A stretch of 63,736 bases of DNA, the filler included, from Octopus bimaculoides (Eukaryota): the NCBI RefSeq assembly GCF_001194135.2. It is 4 parts of 4 records of this genome, joined end to end, with 100 filler letters (N's around TTAATTAATTAA, not from the genome) between each part and the next. Parts side by side here need not be neighbours in the genome. Positions count along the whole stretch, not along the records: positions 1 to 15,500 come from NC_068993.1; positions 15,601 to 45,516 come from NC_068985.1; 2 more parts are not named here. One strand, 5' to 3'. How positions within the stretch are numbered: position 1 is the stretch's first letter; every line of letters begins with the position of its first letter. The notes beneath the pieces were generated by a model. The model was not told the origin of the DNA. It ran no database searches and saw only the letters and a program-made list of their open reading frames with translations. Position numbers and translations under genes: made by a program. Shown piece after piece: positions 12,306-22,635 of this stretch.

Positions 12306-13142
12306 ATGTCCAGAACCTGGAGGAGCATGGAATTGGCATTGTTTTTGAGAGCCTGGCGCTGTGCTGAAGGAGATAACCCAAACAACATAATCACAGCTGC
12401 GCTGAAGAGTAATGGTTACACCAGAACATTAGCACAGATAGAACAAAAGAAGCAGGAGTTTACACGTTCCTATGCTCTCATACGATCCCATATCAGCACT
12501 CTTCATGCCATTTTTGATAATGAACACAGCAAAGATGACAAGGATGGAGGCACGGATGCAGATGAAAGATGTCACCCCAACTTGTTAGACACTCAAGAAA
12601 ACAAAGAAGATTCAAGCAAGAAACCTGCCTGGAAAGTAAACCCAAGTGCAAGTGCCCCTACCACCATCAAAACGAAAAACCATGGAGGTGAAAGAGCCAA
12701 GAAAGAACAACTAAAAGAAGGAAAAACTAATACAAAAACAAAAGACGAAACAGCCAAAGAAAGAAGCAAACATGACTACCCATATAACAAAAAGGATAAC
12801 AAGAGACAGCACACACGAATATGCAAATTCTACTTGAAAGGTGTCTGCTGGCACGGAGAGGAAGGTGCAGGCTTCCGTTTTGCACACCAAAGACCCCGCC
12901 ACATAAACATGAAACAAGGCAGAAACCATCTGCCAAAAGGAAAGGACTACACATCACCTGCCCCAAAACAGAGGTACGCAGAAGTAGTGCGTGCTACAAA
13001 CCAGACCTATCAACATGTTGTTGAAAGGGCAGCTGCTGAACAACAATCTTTTTTGTGCATCGCACAAAAGATTGTACAGCAACTGACCTGGCTACAATCT
13101 CACAGATGGGACTATCCCCAATACACAAGACCACCACAGTAA
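12306..13142 (+). CDS. LINE ORF1: N-terminal Myb/SANT-like helix bundle, charged linker, degenerate CCCH zinc finger
   Basis: Open 278-aa frame directly upstream of the APE. CKFYLKGVCWHGEEGAGFRFAH at 12822-12887, with the third Cys codon read as TTC. Confidence 0.7.
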   Translation: MSRTWRSMELALFLRAWRCAEGDNPNNIITAALKSNGYTRTLAQIEQKKQEFTRSYALIRSHISTLHAIFDNEHSKDDKDGGTDADERCHPNLLDTQENKEDSSKKPAWKVNPSASAPTTIKTKNHGGERAKKEQLKEGKTNTKTKDETAKERSKHDYPYNKKDNKRQHTRICKFYLKGVCWHGEEGAGFRFAHQRPRHINMKQGRNHLPKGKDYTSPAPKQRYAEVVRATNQTYQHVVERAAAEQQSFLCIAQKIVQQLTWLQSHRWDYPQYTRPPQ

Positions 13143-13179
13143 ATAGACCCAAGGTGGGCACCACTGGTAACAACACATA

Positions 13180-15500
13180 CATCACATCGATGCTCTTACT
13201 GAACATCAGAGGAGAGTTAACACTTAGTAACAGGACAAAAATCCCTTTTTTCAGAGACCTTGCTGCATACAATCAAGCCTTATGCATAGCACTTACGGAA
13301 ACACACCTGAAACCAGATATAGGAAATGCAGAAATACACATACCACAGTATGTTGTATTATGAACCGACAGGAAAGAAAGGAGTCATGATGGAGTTGCTA
13401 TGTACATCCGCGAAGACCTCACACCCCAGGTCCTTTTGTCACTCAAATTCAGTATGTGACACACTAATTGTACATATAAGACAACTCAGTGTAGTTATAT
13501 ATGCTACATATCGCCCTCTACATATCTGCCTTAGAAAAATAGAAGTTCTAGTCAGATTAGAACAACACATAAGTGTACTTCTTATGGGAGACTTCAATCT
13601 TCCCAATGTCAGATGGCCTAAGGGCCTTTCTTTCCCAGGAATGACACGATGCGAACAAGGACAGGTGAAGTCCCTCCTGAACCTCATCAACACTTTGTAC
13701 CTGGAACAAATAGTACTCCAACCAGCCAGGGCAGGTAGCATACTGGATCTCTGCTTCACAAATAATATGGAACTCATCCATAATGTGAAAGTGACACCAA
13801 CGCTACTCTCGGATAACAGCATAGTAGAGCTGAACATGTACGGACCAAAGGAAACCATGGAAATGCAGCCTACAAGAAACTCTCAGAATCTTTCCAGTTT
13901 GAACTTCCATAAGGCAAACTGGAAACAAATTGAGAAAGAGATCCTCAAACGAAACTGGTTTAAATGTCTCTCTTCACTGGACATGAAACTTCAACGATTC
14001 ATGTCTGTAATGCAAGCCATATGCTACAAATGTATCCCAGAGAGAAAGACCACTGCACACAAGAACAAAATCCTCAGGGAGAAGGAAATTCTTATGAGAC
14101 TGCATACAAAAGTTTCAAATCGCTTAAACAAACAAATTGAAAGCAGTGAAAAGTCCCGCATGAAAATACAACTGCTGGAGATTGAAAAAAAATCTGCAAC
14201 TCTCCCATGAAAAAGAAAGAGCAGACAAAGAAGTCTGGGCTATAGACAATATAAAATCTAACCCCAGAGCTTTCTACAAGTTTGCCAAAGGAACAGCTTC
14301 AGTGCACTGCAGGATAGGGCCACTCCCCGAAAAAGACGGTACACTCACAGGAAACCCAATGAGGATAAGTTAAATACTAAATGAGCAATTCAAAAGTGTT
14401 TTCACTCCACCCCTAGGGCACTTTCAAGTCAGCAATCCAACTGACTTTTTTACCACTGCAGATATAAAAACAGAGGCAATGATGATCGATTACATCAATA
14501 TAAAGGAAGACGATGTAATAAGAGCTATAGATGAAATGAACCCAAACTCAGCTACTGGCCCTGATGGATTCCCAGCAATCCTTCTAAAAGTATGTAAGCG
14601 AGTCCTAGTAAGACTACTGAGGTCCCTCTTTCAGAGCTTCCTTGCATCTGGCAAACTTCGAAGAAAACTGAAGGAGGATAGAATATGCCCTATTCATAAA
14701 GGAGGTAGCAGAGCGGAGGCCAAGAACTACAGACCTATCTCTCTCATAGTCAGAATAGTCAGAAGAAAACTTATCGCCTTCCTTGAAGAAAATGACCTGC
14801 TGCCTGACACCCAACATGGTTTCCGACCAGGAAGAAGTTGCCTGACTCAGCTCTTACAACACTATGACTGGGTGCTGAAACAGCTGCTCAACCACTCAAA
14901 TGTGGCAAAATCTCGACTTTGCAAAGGGCTTTGATAAAGTCGATCACAGAATGATATGTCACAAACTGCGTGATCTCAGCATAGTTGAAAAATTGGGAGA
15001 ATGGCTTCATGACTTTCTGAAGGATAGAAGTCAGGTTGTAGTAACCAATAGGGCCACCTCCAATGACATGCAAATAGTGAGCAGTGTTCCGCAAGGCACT
15101 GCTTTGGGACCACTACTGTTTATTATGGCCCTCTCAGACATGCCCTCAGTTTCACAGAGGGCCACGATCACAAGTTATGCAGATGATACAAAAGTCTCAC
15201 AGGTAATACAGAACTCTGAAGACACTATGCACCTGTAATGTGAGCTGGATGAAATATACAAGTGGGCTGAAAAGAATAGCATGCAGTTTAATGCTGAAAA
15301 GTTTCAAGCCTTGTCCTATCAGCATGCAAAACTAAATGCAATATCCATTAAATACACTGGACCTGGAGGGATTGCAATCCCAGAGGCACAGTCAGTGCGA
15401 GACCTGGGCATTTACATGAGTAATAATGCATCCTTTCATGTGCATGTTGCTAAATTGGCAATGAAATGCAGGTGGCTGACCGGATGGATTCTTAGAACTT
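13180..15500 (+). pseudogene. LINE ORF2 (APE + reverse transcriptase), frameshifted
   Basis: Motifs are split across ORFs 13055-13363, 13326-14210, 14182-14373, 14479-14934, 14900-15238 and 15281-15500. Confidence 0.9.
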
Positions 15501-15600
15501 NNNNNNNNNNNNNNNNNNNNNNNNNNNNNNNNNNNNNNNNNNNNTTAATTAATTAANNNNNNNNNNNNNNNNNNNNNNNNNNNNNNNNNNNNNNNNNNNN
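15501..15600. other. Artificial scaffold join (44N-TTAATTAATTAA-44N)
   Basis: Exact 100-bp pattern repeated three times in the window; the 12-mer is a six-frame stop linker. Confidence 0.95.
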
Positions 15601-15713
15601 TGGAGTTGATGTAATCGATTTAATCGCCCCAACCCACCTCACCCCACCTCACCCCGCCTCACCCCGAGTCTACTGACCTTGTCCAAAAATTAGAAACCAT
15701 TATTAATCTATTT

Positions 15714-15907
15714 CAGTGCTTTGCAACCTTTTTTTTTTTTTTTTACTTGCGGTACACTTATATTCTTTTCAGAATTCAGCAGAACACCTGAACTGAAAAT
15801 ATAACTAAAAGTATAGGGGAAAAATTATATTCAGTTTACACTGCGGCCCACCAAACATCATCTCGTGACACGCCGGTGTGTCGCGGCATACAGGTTGCGG
15901 AGCACTG
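15714..15907. mobile_element. hAT (Charlie-like) MITE
   Basis: TIRs CAGTGCTTTGCAACC / CAGTGCTCCGCAACC (13 of 15 match). Right flank CTCTAGAG fits the Charlie-type target; left flank is degenerate (ATCTATTT). Confidence 0.65.
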
Positions 15908-16245
15908 CTCTAGAGGACAATATCTGCCTCAGACTGAGTGACGTACCTCATTGCTTGTACATAAATACTAGCTGCCCCTGAAATCACACTCTGATATTAA
16001 AAAAAAACAAAAAAACAAAGTGAAAGGCTGCTTTCGGTAATGTAGACGAAGTTATACTAAACCTGAATAAAAGATGGGATGGTCAAAACTGGAATGTCTT
16101 TTAAAGGAGATTTGCTAGATCAGGACAGATCGAGAGTTGAACAATAGCATATTTGCACACATTACGTCATACATGTAGATAATACATGCATAACATACAT
16201 GTAGATAATACATGCATAACATACATGTATATGTATGGTATACAT

Positions 16246-16552
16246 CAGCGCTTCTTAAAAACATTCATGACCCTGTTTTTCATCACGAGATTTTTCGAGA
16301 CCCCAGATATTAAATATGAAACGAAACATACAAATAAATACATAAATCTTTTATTTTTTCGCTGAACAATATACATATAAAAAAAAAAAACGTAGCGATA
16401 TTATTCATCAAAATAAAAGTAGTTTTAAGATTTGTGCGTTTTTGAAATAACATATGAACTGAAATTCAAGTGCTTGCATTTAATTTTCGCGACCCCAGAA
16501 TTTCGTTTCGCGACCCCATTTGGGGTCGTGACCCATAGTTTAAGAAGCGCTG
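16246..16552. mobile_element. hAT MITE with intact TIRs and TSD
   Basis: Perfect 14-bp TIR CAGCGCTTCTTAAA; perfect 8-bp TSD GTATACAT at 16238-16245 and 16553-16560. Confidence 0.92.
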
Positions 16553-16567
16553 GTATACATCTACAGT

Positions 16568-17110
16568 GCAGGTGCATGGCTTTGTGGTTAGGATAAAGGT
16601 AAAAGTAAAGTTATATTTTCGAGTCATGCGGACTCGAAAGGAAGGGTTTCCCGGTTTTATGCCGTATATATTCCCCACCTGGACGGAACACCAGTCCATC
16701 ACAGGATTGTTCTTTTTTGCCAGCTGAGTGGACTGGAGCAATGTGAAAATGAAGTGTTTTGCTCAAGAACACAACGCGTCGCCCGATCCAGGAATCGAAA
16801 CCACAATATTACGATTATGATTCCAACACCCAAACCTCTAAGCCACGCGCCTCCACTTGTGGTTTGGGTGTTGCACGCACAATCGCAAGATCGTGGTTTC
16901 AATTCCCGGACGGGCCGGTGCGCTGTATTCTTGAGCAAAGCAGCACTTCATTTCGCGTTGCTCCAGTTCATTTAGCTGTTTATGCGTAACTCTGCGAAAG
17001 ACTAGCGACCCGTCCAGACGCGGCGGTTTTGTGATCTCGGTTTTCTTATACATCATGGCAACAGGGCAACCGGCTCTATGCGTCCTAGGACGCAAAACAG
17101 TACCTACTTT
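16568..17110 (+). mobile_element. tRNA-headed SINE, family E (host copy, split at 16592/16857)
   Basis: Head resumes after the insertion as GGGTGTTGCACGCACAATCGCAAGATCGTGGTTTCAATTCC, followed by TTCTTGAGCAAAG. Confidence 0.7.
16593..16856 (-). mobile_element. tRNA-headed SINE, family E, inserted into another family E copy
   Basis: Head GTGGAGGCGCGTGGCTTAG...GTTTCGATTCC; body GTTGTGTTCTTGAGCAAAACACTTC; flanked by TTGTGGTT(A/T)GG TSD. Confidence 0.8.
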
Positions 17111-17453
17111 TACATACATACATACAGGTTCACATGTATGATGTATGTACACACGCATAAAGTGCATGCATATATACACATATATGATGTACATAAACAC
17201 ACGCATAATAACACAGGCATGACATATATTCCCTCAAACATACATATACTAGTATGTTGTTCATATGGACATCCATACTTGTATAACATTCAAACATGTA
17301 TGATGTGTATCAGTTTTTTAGGAGGTTAGCTTTGAAAGTTGCATTCCCTCGCGATCGGTAAAAATGTGCTTATTTTGATAGTTTTGACTTATGAAGTCCC
17401 TCTAAGCGCGAGGCATTATTGTATAGTAATGCCCTTATATAAATTAAATTATA

Positions 17454-17500
<47 letters not shown>

Positions 17501-18277
17501 NNNNNNNNNNNNNNNNNNNNNNNNNNNNNNNNNNNNNNNNNNNNNNNNNNNNNNNNNNNNNNNNNNNNNNNNNNNNNNNNNNNNNNNNNNNNNNNNNNNN
17601 NNNNNNNNNNNNNNNNNNNNNNNNNNNNNNNNNNNNNNNNNNNNNNNNNNNNNNNNNNNNNNNNNNNNNNNNNNNNNNNNNNNNNNNNNNNNNNNNNNNN
17701 NNNNNNNNNNNNNNNNNNNNNNNNNNNNNNNNNNNNNNNTGTTGAACACTCAATCTCACTGTTCGATATTAACGCATATATACATACATATATACACGCA
17801 CACACGCCCACACATTTACATATCAGGGGTCGGGGAACATTTTTAACCAATTTACTCCAAGATATATTTATTTACGCTAATTCGAAGATCATAGATTCTT
17901 TAAATTCAAACGGTTTATTCAAAGAACAGTTTGTTTTGTTTTTTTAATATATAATCTTACTTATGTCTAATGAGTCCTCATTACTCACAACAAATTCATT
18001 TTTACCCTACTTTGGGTAATTTACCCCAGTTCGTCGACCCCTCGTATATACTAATACAGGCATACATATATGTTAACACGCTCATGCACGCACGCGCCAT
18101 TTACCTTAACATACAGGCTAACGAACACACAGACAAAGAGACCAGCTTGAATACACGCTAATGCGCACACACACACTCTCTCTCACACATACAAACTAAC
18201 ATTACGTAGTGATTGCACGTGTGTCAGTGTATGTGTGTGTGTGTATGTACATATATGTGTGTCTGTGTAGAGAGAGA

Positions 18278-18308
<31 letters not shown>

Positions 18309-18341
18309 TCTATGGATGTATCTATATTTCTGTATATATGG

Positions 18342-18398
<57 letters not shown>

Positions 18399-18859
18399 AT
18401 GTCTACCTTTTGTGTATAGATTTGTTTAGCCCAGGTCAATAATGGTATAGCAGTCCAATGAACGAAGGCGTTCCAGTCGTGACAACACAATCTTATATNN
18501 NNNNNNNNNNNNNNNNNNNNNNNNNNNNNNNNNNNNNNNNNNNNNNNNNNNNNNNNNNNNNNNNNNNNNNNNNNNNNNNNNNNNNNNNNNNNNNNNNNNN
18601 NNNNNNNNNNNNNNNNNNNNNNNNNNNNNNNNNNNNNNNNNNNNNNNNNNNNNNNNNNNNNNNNNNNNNNNNNNNNNNNNNNNNNNNNNNNNNNNNNNNN
18701 NNNNNNNNNNNNNNNNNNNNNNNNNNNNNNNNNNNNNNNNNNNNNNNNNNNNNNNNNNNNNNNNNNNNNNNNNNNNNNNNNNNNNNNNNNNNNNNNNNNN
18801 NNNNNNNNNNNNNNNNNNNNNNNNNNNNNNNNNNNNNNNNNNNNNNNNNNNNNNNNNNN

Positions 18860-18895
<36 letters not shown>

Positions 18896-18897
<2 letters not shown>

Positions 18898-19264
18898 GCG
18901 CAGGAGTGGTTGTGTGGTAAGTTGCTTGCTTCCCAACCACATGGTTCCGGGTTCAGTTCCACTGCGTGGCACCTTGGGCAAGTGTCTTCTACTATAACCT
19001 CGGTACGACCAAAGCCTTGTGGGTAGATTTGGCAGGCGGAAACTGAAAGAAACCCGTCATATGTGTGTGGGGGTGGGTGTATTTGTCCTACCACCATCAC
19101 TTGACAACCGATTTTGGTGTGTTTATGACCCCGTAACTTAGCGGTTCGGCAAAAGATCCAATAGAATAAGTGGCACTTTGGGCAAGTGTCTTCTACTATA
19201 TCCTCTGACCGACCAAAGCCTTGTAAGTAGATTTGGTAGATAGAAACTGAAAGAAACCAGACGA

Positions 19265-19301
<37 letters not shown>

Positions 19302-19404
19302 TGTGTTTCTGTCTTTGTCGCCCCAACATTGCTTGACAATCGACGCTGGTGTGTTTACGTCCCCGTAAATTAGCGGTTCGGCATAAGTGATCGATAGAAT
19401 AAGT
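18896..19404 (+). mobile_element. tRNA-headed SINE, family C: one copy lacking the 3' tail plus an adjacent 5'-truncated copy (from 19172)
   Basis: GGCGCAGGAGTGG...GGTTCAGTTCC head, CCTTGGGCAAGTGTCTTCTACTATA core, internal (GT)n, GCGGTTCGGCA...GATAGAATAAGT. Confidence 0.85.
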
Positions 19405-19409
19405 AGACA

Positions 19410-19760
19410 TACACGTGCATAGACCATAAGCCGAGAAGCTGTACGTGCGTCACGTGATATATATATATATACAATGATAGCAATGTACCCACGTGGCTGG
19501 GATATTCCTGTTGTATGCTTGCTGTTGCTTATGTTTATTTGAAGAACATTTAGCTAGAACTTCTAGCAGATCGTAGAAACTCAGCTACCCGTATCCATCC
19601 TAATTTATGCAAAAAAAAACAAAACAAAAAAAGACTCTCCCCCCAGCTGTGAATCGTCGATATATTGATCTTATTGATTTACTTACAAAATTTATTTAAA
19701 TTGTGGTGGGCGGAGCAAGAGACCGGAACCTTCCTTGTTGTCATCTGACTAACCAATCAA
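19410..19760. promoter_or_regulatory. Candidate cis-regulatory motif cluster
   Basis: CACGTG at 19412, 19451 and 19490; ATGCAAAA at about 19607; GGGCGG at 19708; ACCGGAA at 19722; AACCAATCA at 19751. Motif-only evidence. Confidence 0.3.
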
Positions 19761-20050
19761 AATCATAATAATGACCGCACCCTCACCACCCTATGACTGT
19801 CGGAGCTACTGCTGTTATTAACTACTACTACTACTATTTTCTGTACGCAGACATGTACATAAATACATGCATACATTTACATACATGTACACATACAATC
19901 AACATGCATACCCGCACATGCAGTACAATACATACATACATACATACATACATACATACATACATACATACATACATACTTGCATACATATTCGCGTTCA
20001 ATATAGCTGTCTACCTTATATGTGTGCGTGTGTGTGTGTGTCTGTCTGTG

Positions 20051-20087
<37 letters not shown>

Positions 20088-20205
20088 ATTATACTTGTGT
20101 AGATGATGATAATGATGACGACGACGACGATGATGGTGGCGGTCGTCGTCGTTGTCGTGGTGATGACGATGGTGGTGGTAGTGGAGTTTCCACAGTACTT
20201 TACAA

Positions 20206-20868
20206 TTGCCCACGTCCATATCACTTTGAAAAAGCTCTCCATTGTCGTCCGATCGCCGACGTTAAGCAACGTTGAACCTTGCCCACGTCCATATCACTTT
20301 GAAAAAGCTCCCCATTGTCGTCCGATCGCCGACGTTAAACAACGTTGAACCTTGTNNNNNNNNNNNNNNNNNNNNNNNNNNNNNNNNNNNNNNNNNNNNN
20401 NNNNNNNNNNNNNNNNNNNNNNNNNNNNNNNNNNNNNNNNNNNNNNNNNNNNNNNNNNNNNNNNNNNNNNNNNNNNNNNNNNNNNNNNNNNNNNNNNNNN
20501 NNNNNNNNNNNNNNNNNNNNNNNNNNNNNNNNNNNNNNNNNNNNNNNNNNNNNNNNNNNNNNNNNNNNNNNNNNNNNNNNNNNNNNNNNNNNNNNNNNNN
20601 NNNNNNNNNNNNNNNNNNNNNNNNNNNNNNNNNNNNNNNNNNNNNNNNNNNNNNNNNNNNNNNNNNNNNNNNNNNNNNNNNNNNNNNNNNNNNNNNNNNA
20701 CGTTAAGCAACGTTGAACCTTGCCCACGTCCATATCACTTTGAAAAAGCTCCCCATTGTCGTCCGATCGCCGACGTTAAGCAACGTTGAACCTTGCCCAC
20801 GTCCATATCACTTTGAAAAAGCTCCCCATTGTCGTCCGATCGCCGACGTTAAACAACGTTGAACCTTG
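20206..20868. repeat. 73-bp CpG-rich minisatellite interrupted by an N-gap
   Basis: Units start at 20206, 20279, 20720 and 20793 (TTGCCCACGTCCATATCACTTTGAAAAAGC...CAACGTTGAACC). Confidence 0.95.
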
Positions 20869-21189
20869 TTAACACTTGGTTGATTCAAATATCTATAACC
20901 GTCTTTAATTCGGACGCAGATATGACCGACTGGATAAGACGTTCGCTTCATAGTCATGGTTTGTTAACCCCATAGTGGTTGGAAACTCTTGGATAACTTT
21001 GTCTTTATGCTGTGGTATGCGAAACTCATCGTGGACACTCCTGTCGTATAACCTGCTCTGACGATTTATTCATAGCGATCAAATGTGTGTGGTGTACATT
21101 AGTTCAGCCCCTCCATCAAATCGACATTACCTGACCAGGTGTACGGTGTACCACACGTCAGGTGTCAAAATAATCGCAGAGCAACGAGA

Positions 21190-21293
21190 GATGAGGAGTT
21201 TTTACTCAAGAACACAACACACTGCCACGCCCGGGAATCGAACCCGCGATTGAGAGTGCATCATCATTATTATCCACTTGGTCACGCGCCCTC
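21190..21293 (-). mobile_element. SINE family E 5' fragment
   Basis: Reverse complement contains GGTTCGATTCCCGGGCG and GTTGTGTTCTTGAGTAAAAAC. Confidence 0.6.
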
Positions 21294-21509
21294 ATGCACA
21301 CATATATATATACAAATACACACTCGCGTGTATACACACCAACTTTAGTTGTAAAAATTTGTGAAGACTATCGTCTGTTTATATCAAGTATGCCTAGAGT
21401 TAAGAAACTTGCTGGATTTTCTCTCTCTCTTTCTCTCTCTCTTTGTCTTTCTCTCTCTCTTTGTCTTTCTCTCTCTCTCTTTGTCTTTCTCTCTCTCTTT
21501 GTCTTTCAC

Positions 21510-21545
<36 letters not shown>

Positions 21546-21546
21546 A

Positions 21547-21888
21547 GTTGATTAGATCGACCCCAGTACGCAACTGGTATTTAATTTATCGATCACGAAA
21601 GGATAAAAGGCAAAGTCGACCTCGGCGGAATTTGAACTCAGAACGTAAATACCGCTAAGTATTTCGCCCGGCGTGCTAACGATTCTTATTTCTTTATTGC
21701 CCACAAGGGGCTAAACATAGAGGGGACAAACAAGAAGAGACAAAAGTATTAAGTCGATTATATCGACCCCAGTGCGTAACTGGTACTTAATTTATCGACC
21801 CCCGAAAGGATGAAAAGCAAAGTCGACCTCAGCGGAATTTGAACTCAGAGAGTAACGGCAGACGAAATACCGCTAAGTATCTCGCCTT
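21547..21888 (-). mobile_element. Two adjacent SINE family B copies (21547-21686, 21687-21888)
   Basis: Both contain GAGTTCAAATTCCGC(C/T)GAGGTCGACTTTGC...GGGGTCGAT. Confidence 0.88.
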
Positions 21889-22093
21889 CAGTTATTAAAA
21901 TGTGGTCGAGTATACCTATATCCATTCTTTAGCAACTGAAGCAGTTGAAGACCTGTTGGTCGATTTATATTGGGGAAAATGTGAGCGAGGTCCAGCGGGA
22001 TACAAATGTTAAGCAGAAGGATTGGGTGAAATGTTTCAGAAGGGATCTGCTAAATGATTGATTGAGTGTAAACAATATGTGGTGGGAAGATAA

Positions 22094-22635
22094 GTAGACC
22101 GAGTGTCTCTGGATGGTTGGTGTGGGTAGATCGAGTGGGTCTGTACGATAATGGAATGTATCTGGTTGGCCTGGATGATGATGGGGTGAATCGGGTAGAT
22201 GTTTACGGTAATGGAATATATCGGATGGATCGGGTGGTCTTCGATGTGAATCGGGTAGGTTTGGATAGTGATGGAGTAAATCGGATGGTTCTGGATGGTG
22301 AAAGAATGGATCGAGTGGATATGGATGGTGAAAGGGTGCATTGGGTGGGTATGGATAGCGATGGCGTGCATCGGATATTTGCGGACAGAATGGAGTAGAT
22401 CGGGTGAATCGAGTGTATATGTTTGGTAATGGGTTGGATTGAGTGAATTTGGATGGTGATAGCGAGGTATCGGGTGGCTACAGATAGTGATGGTATGGAT
22501 CGGGTGTATCTGAACGGTGATGTGATGGCCTAGAGGTGGGCCTAGAGGGTAAGGGAGCGGATCGAGTGGATGAGTATCGTTAGGATCGGGTAAATCGGGT
22601 GGATTTGGATAGTGACGGGGTGTATCGGGTGTGTA
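22094..22635. repeat. Degenerate ~30-bp tandem repeat (roughly 16 units)
   Basis: Units such as GTGAATCGGGTAGGTTTGGATAGTGATGGA and ATGGATCGAGTGGATATGGATGGTGAAAGG. Confidence 0.8.

Larger units (their letters stand above)
12300..15500 (+). mobile_element. CR1-group (CR1/Crack/Daphne-like) LINE, long decayed copy with ORF1 and ORF2; 3' end lost at assembly join
   Basis: APE motifs LLNIRG, ALTETHL, LMGDFNLP, ILDLCFTN. RT motifs ATGPDGFP, NYRPISL, QHGFRPGRSCLTQLL, DFAKGFDKVDH, VPQGTALGPLLF, SYADDTK. Confidence 0.92.

Noticed and set aside
15545-15556. TTAATTAATTAA islands inside N-runs (also 45561 and 62149)
   Set aside because: Identical 44N-12-44N format three times: an assembly linker, not biology. 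Neighbourhood arguments across these points are invalid.
20206-20868. Regular repeat array as a possible CRISPR
   Set aside because: Units are contiguous with no unique spacers, there are no cas genes, and the context is eukaryotic.
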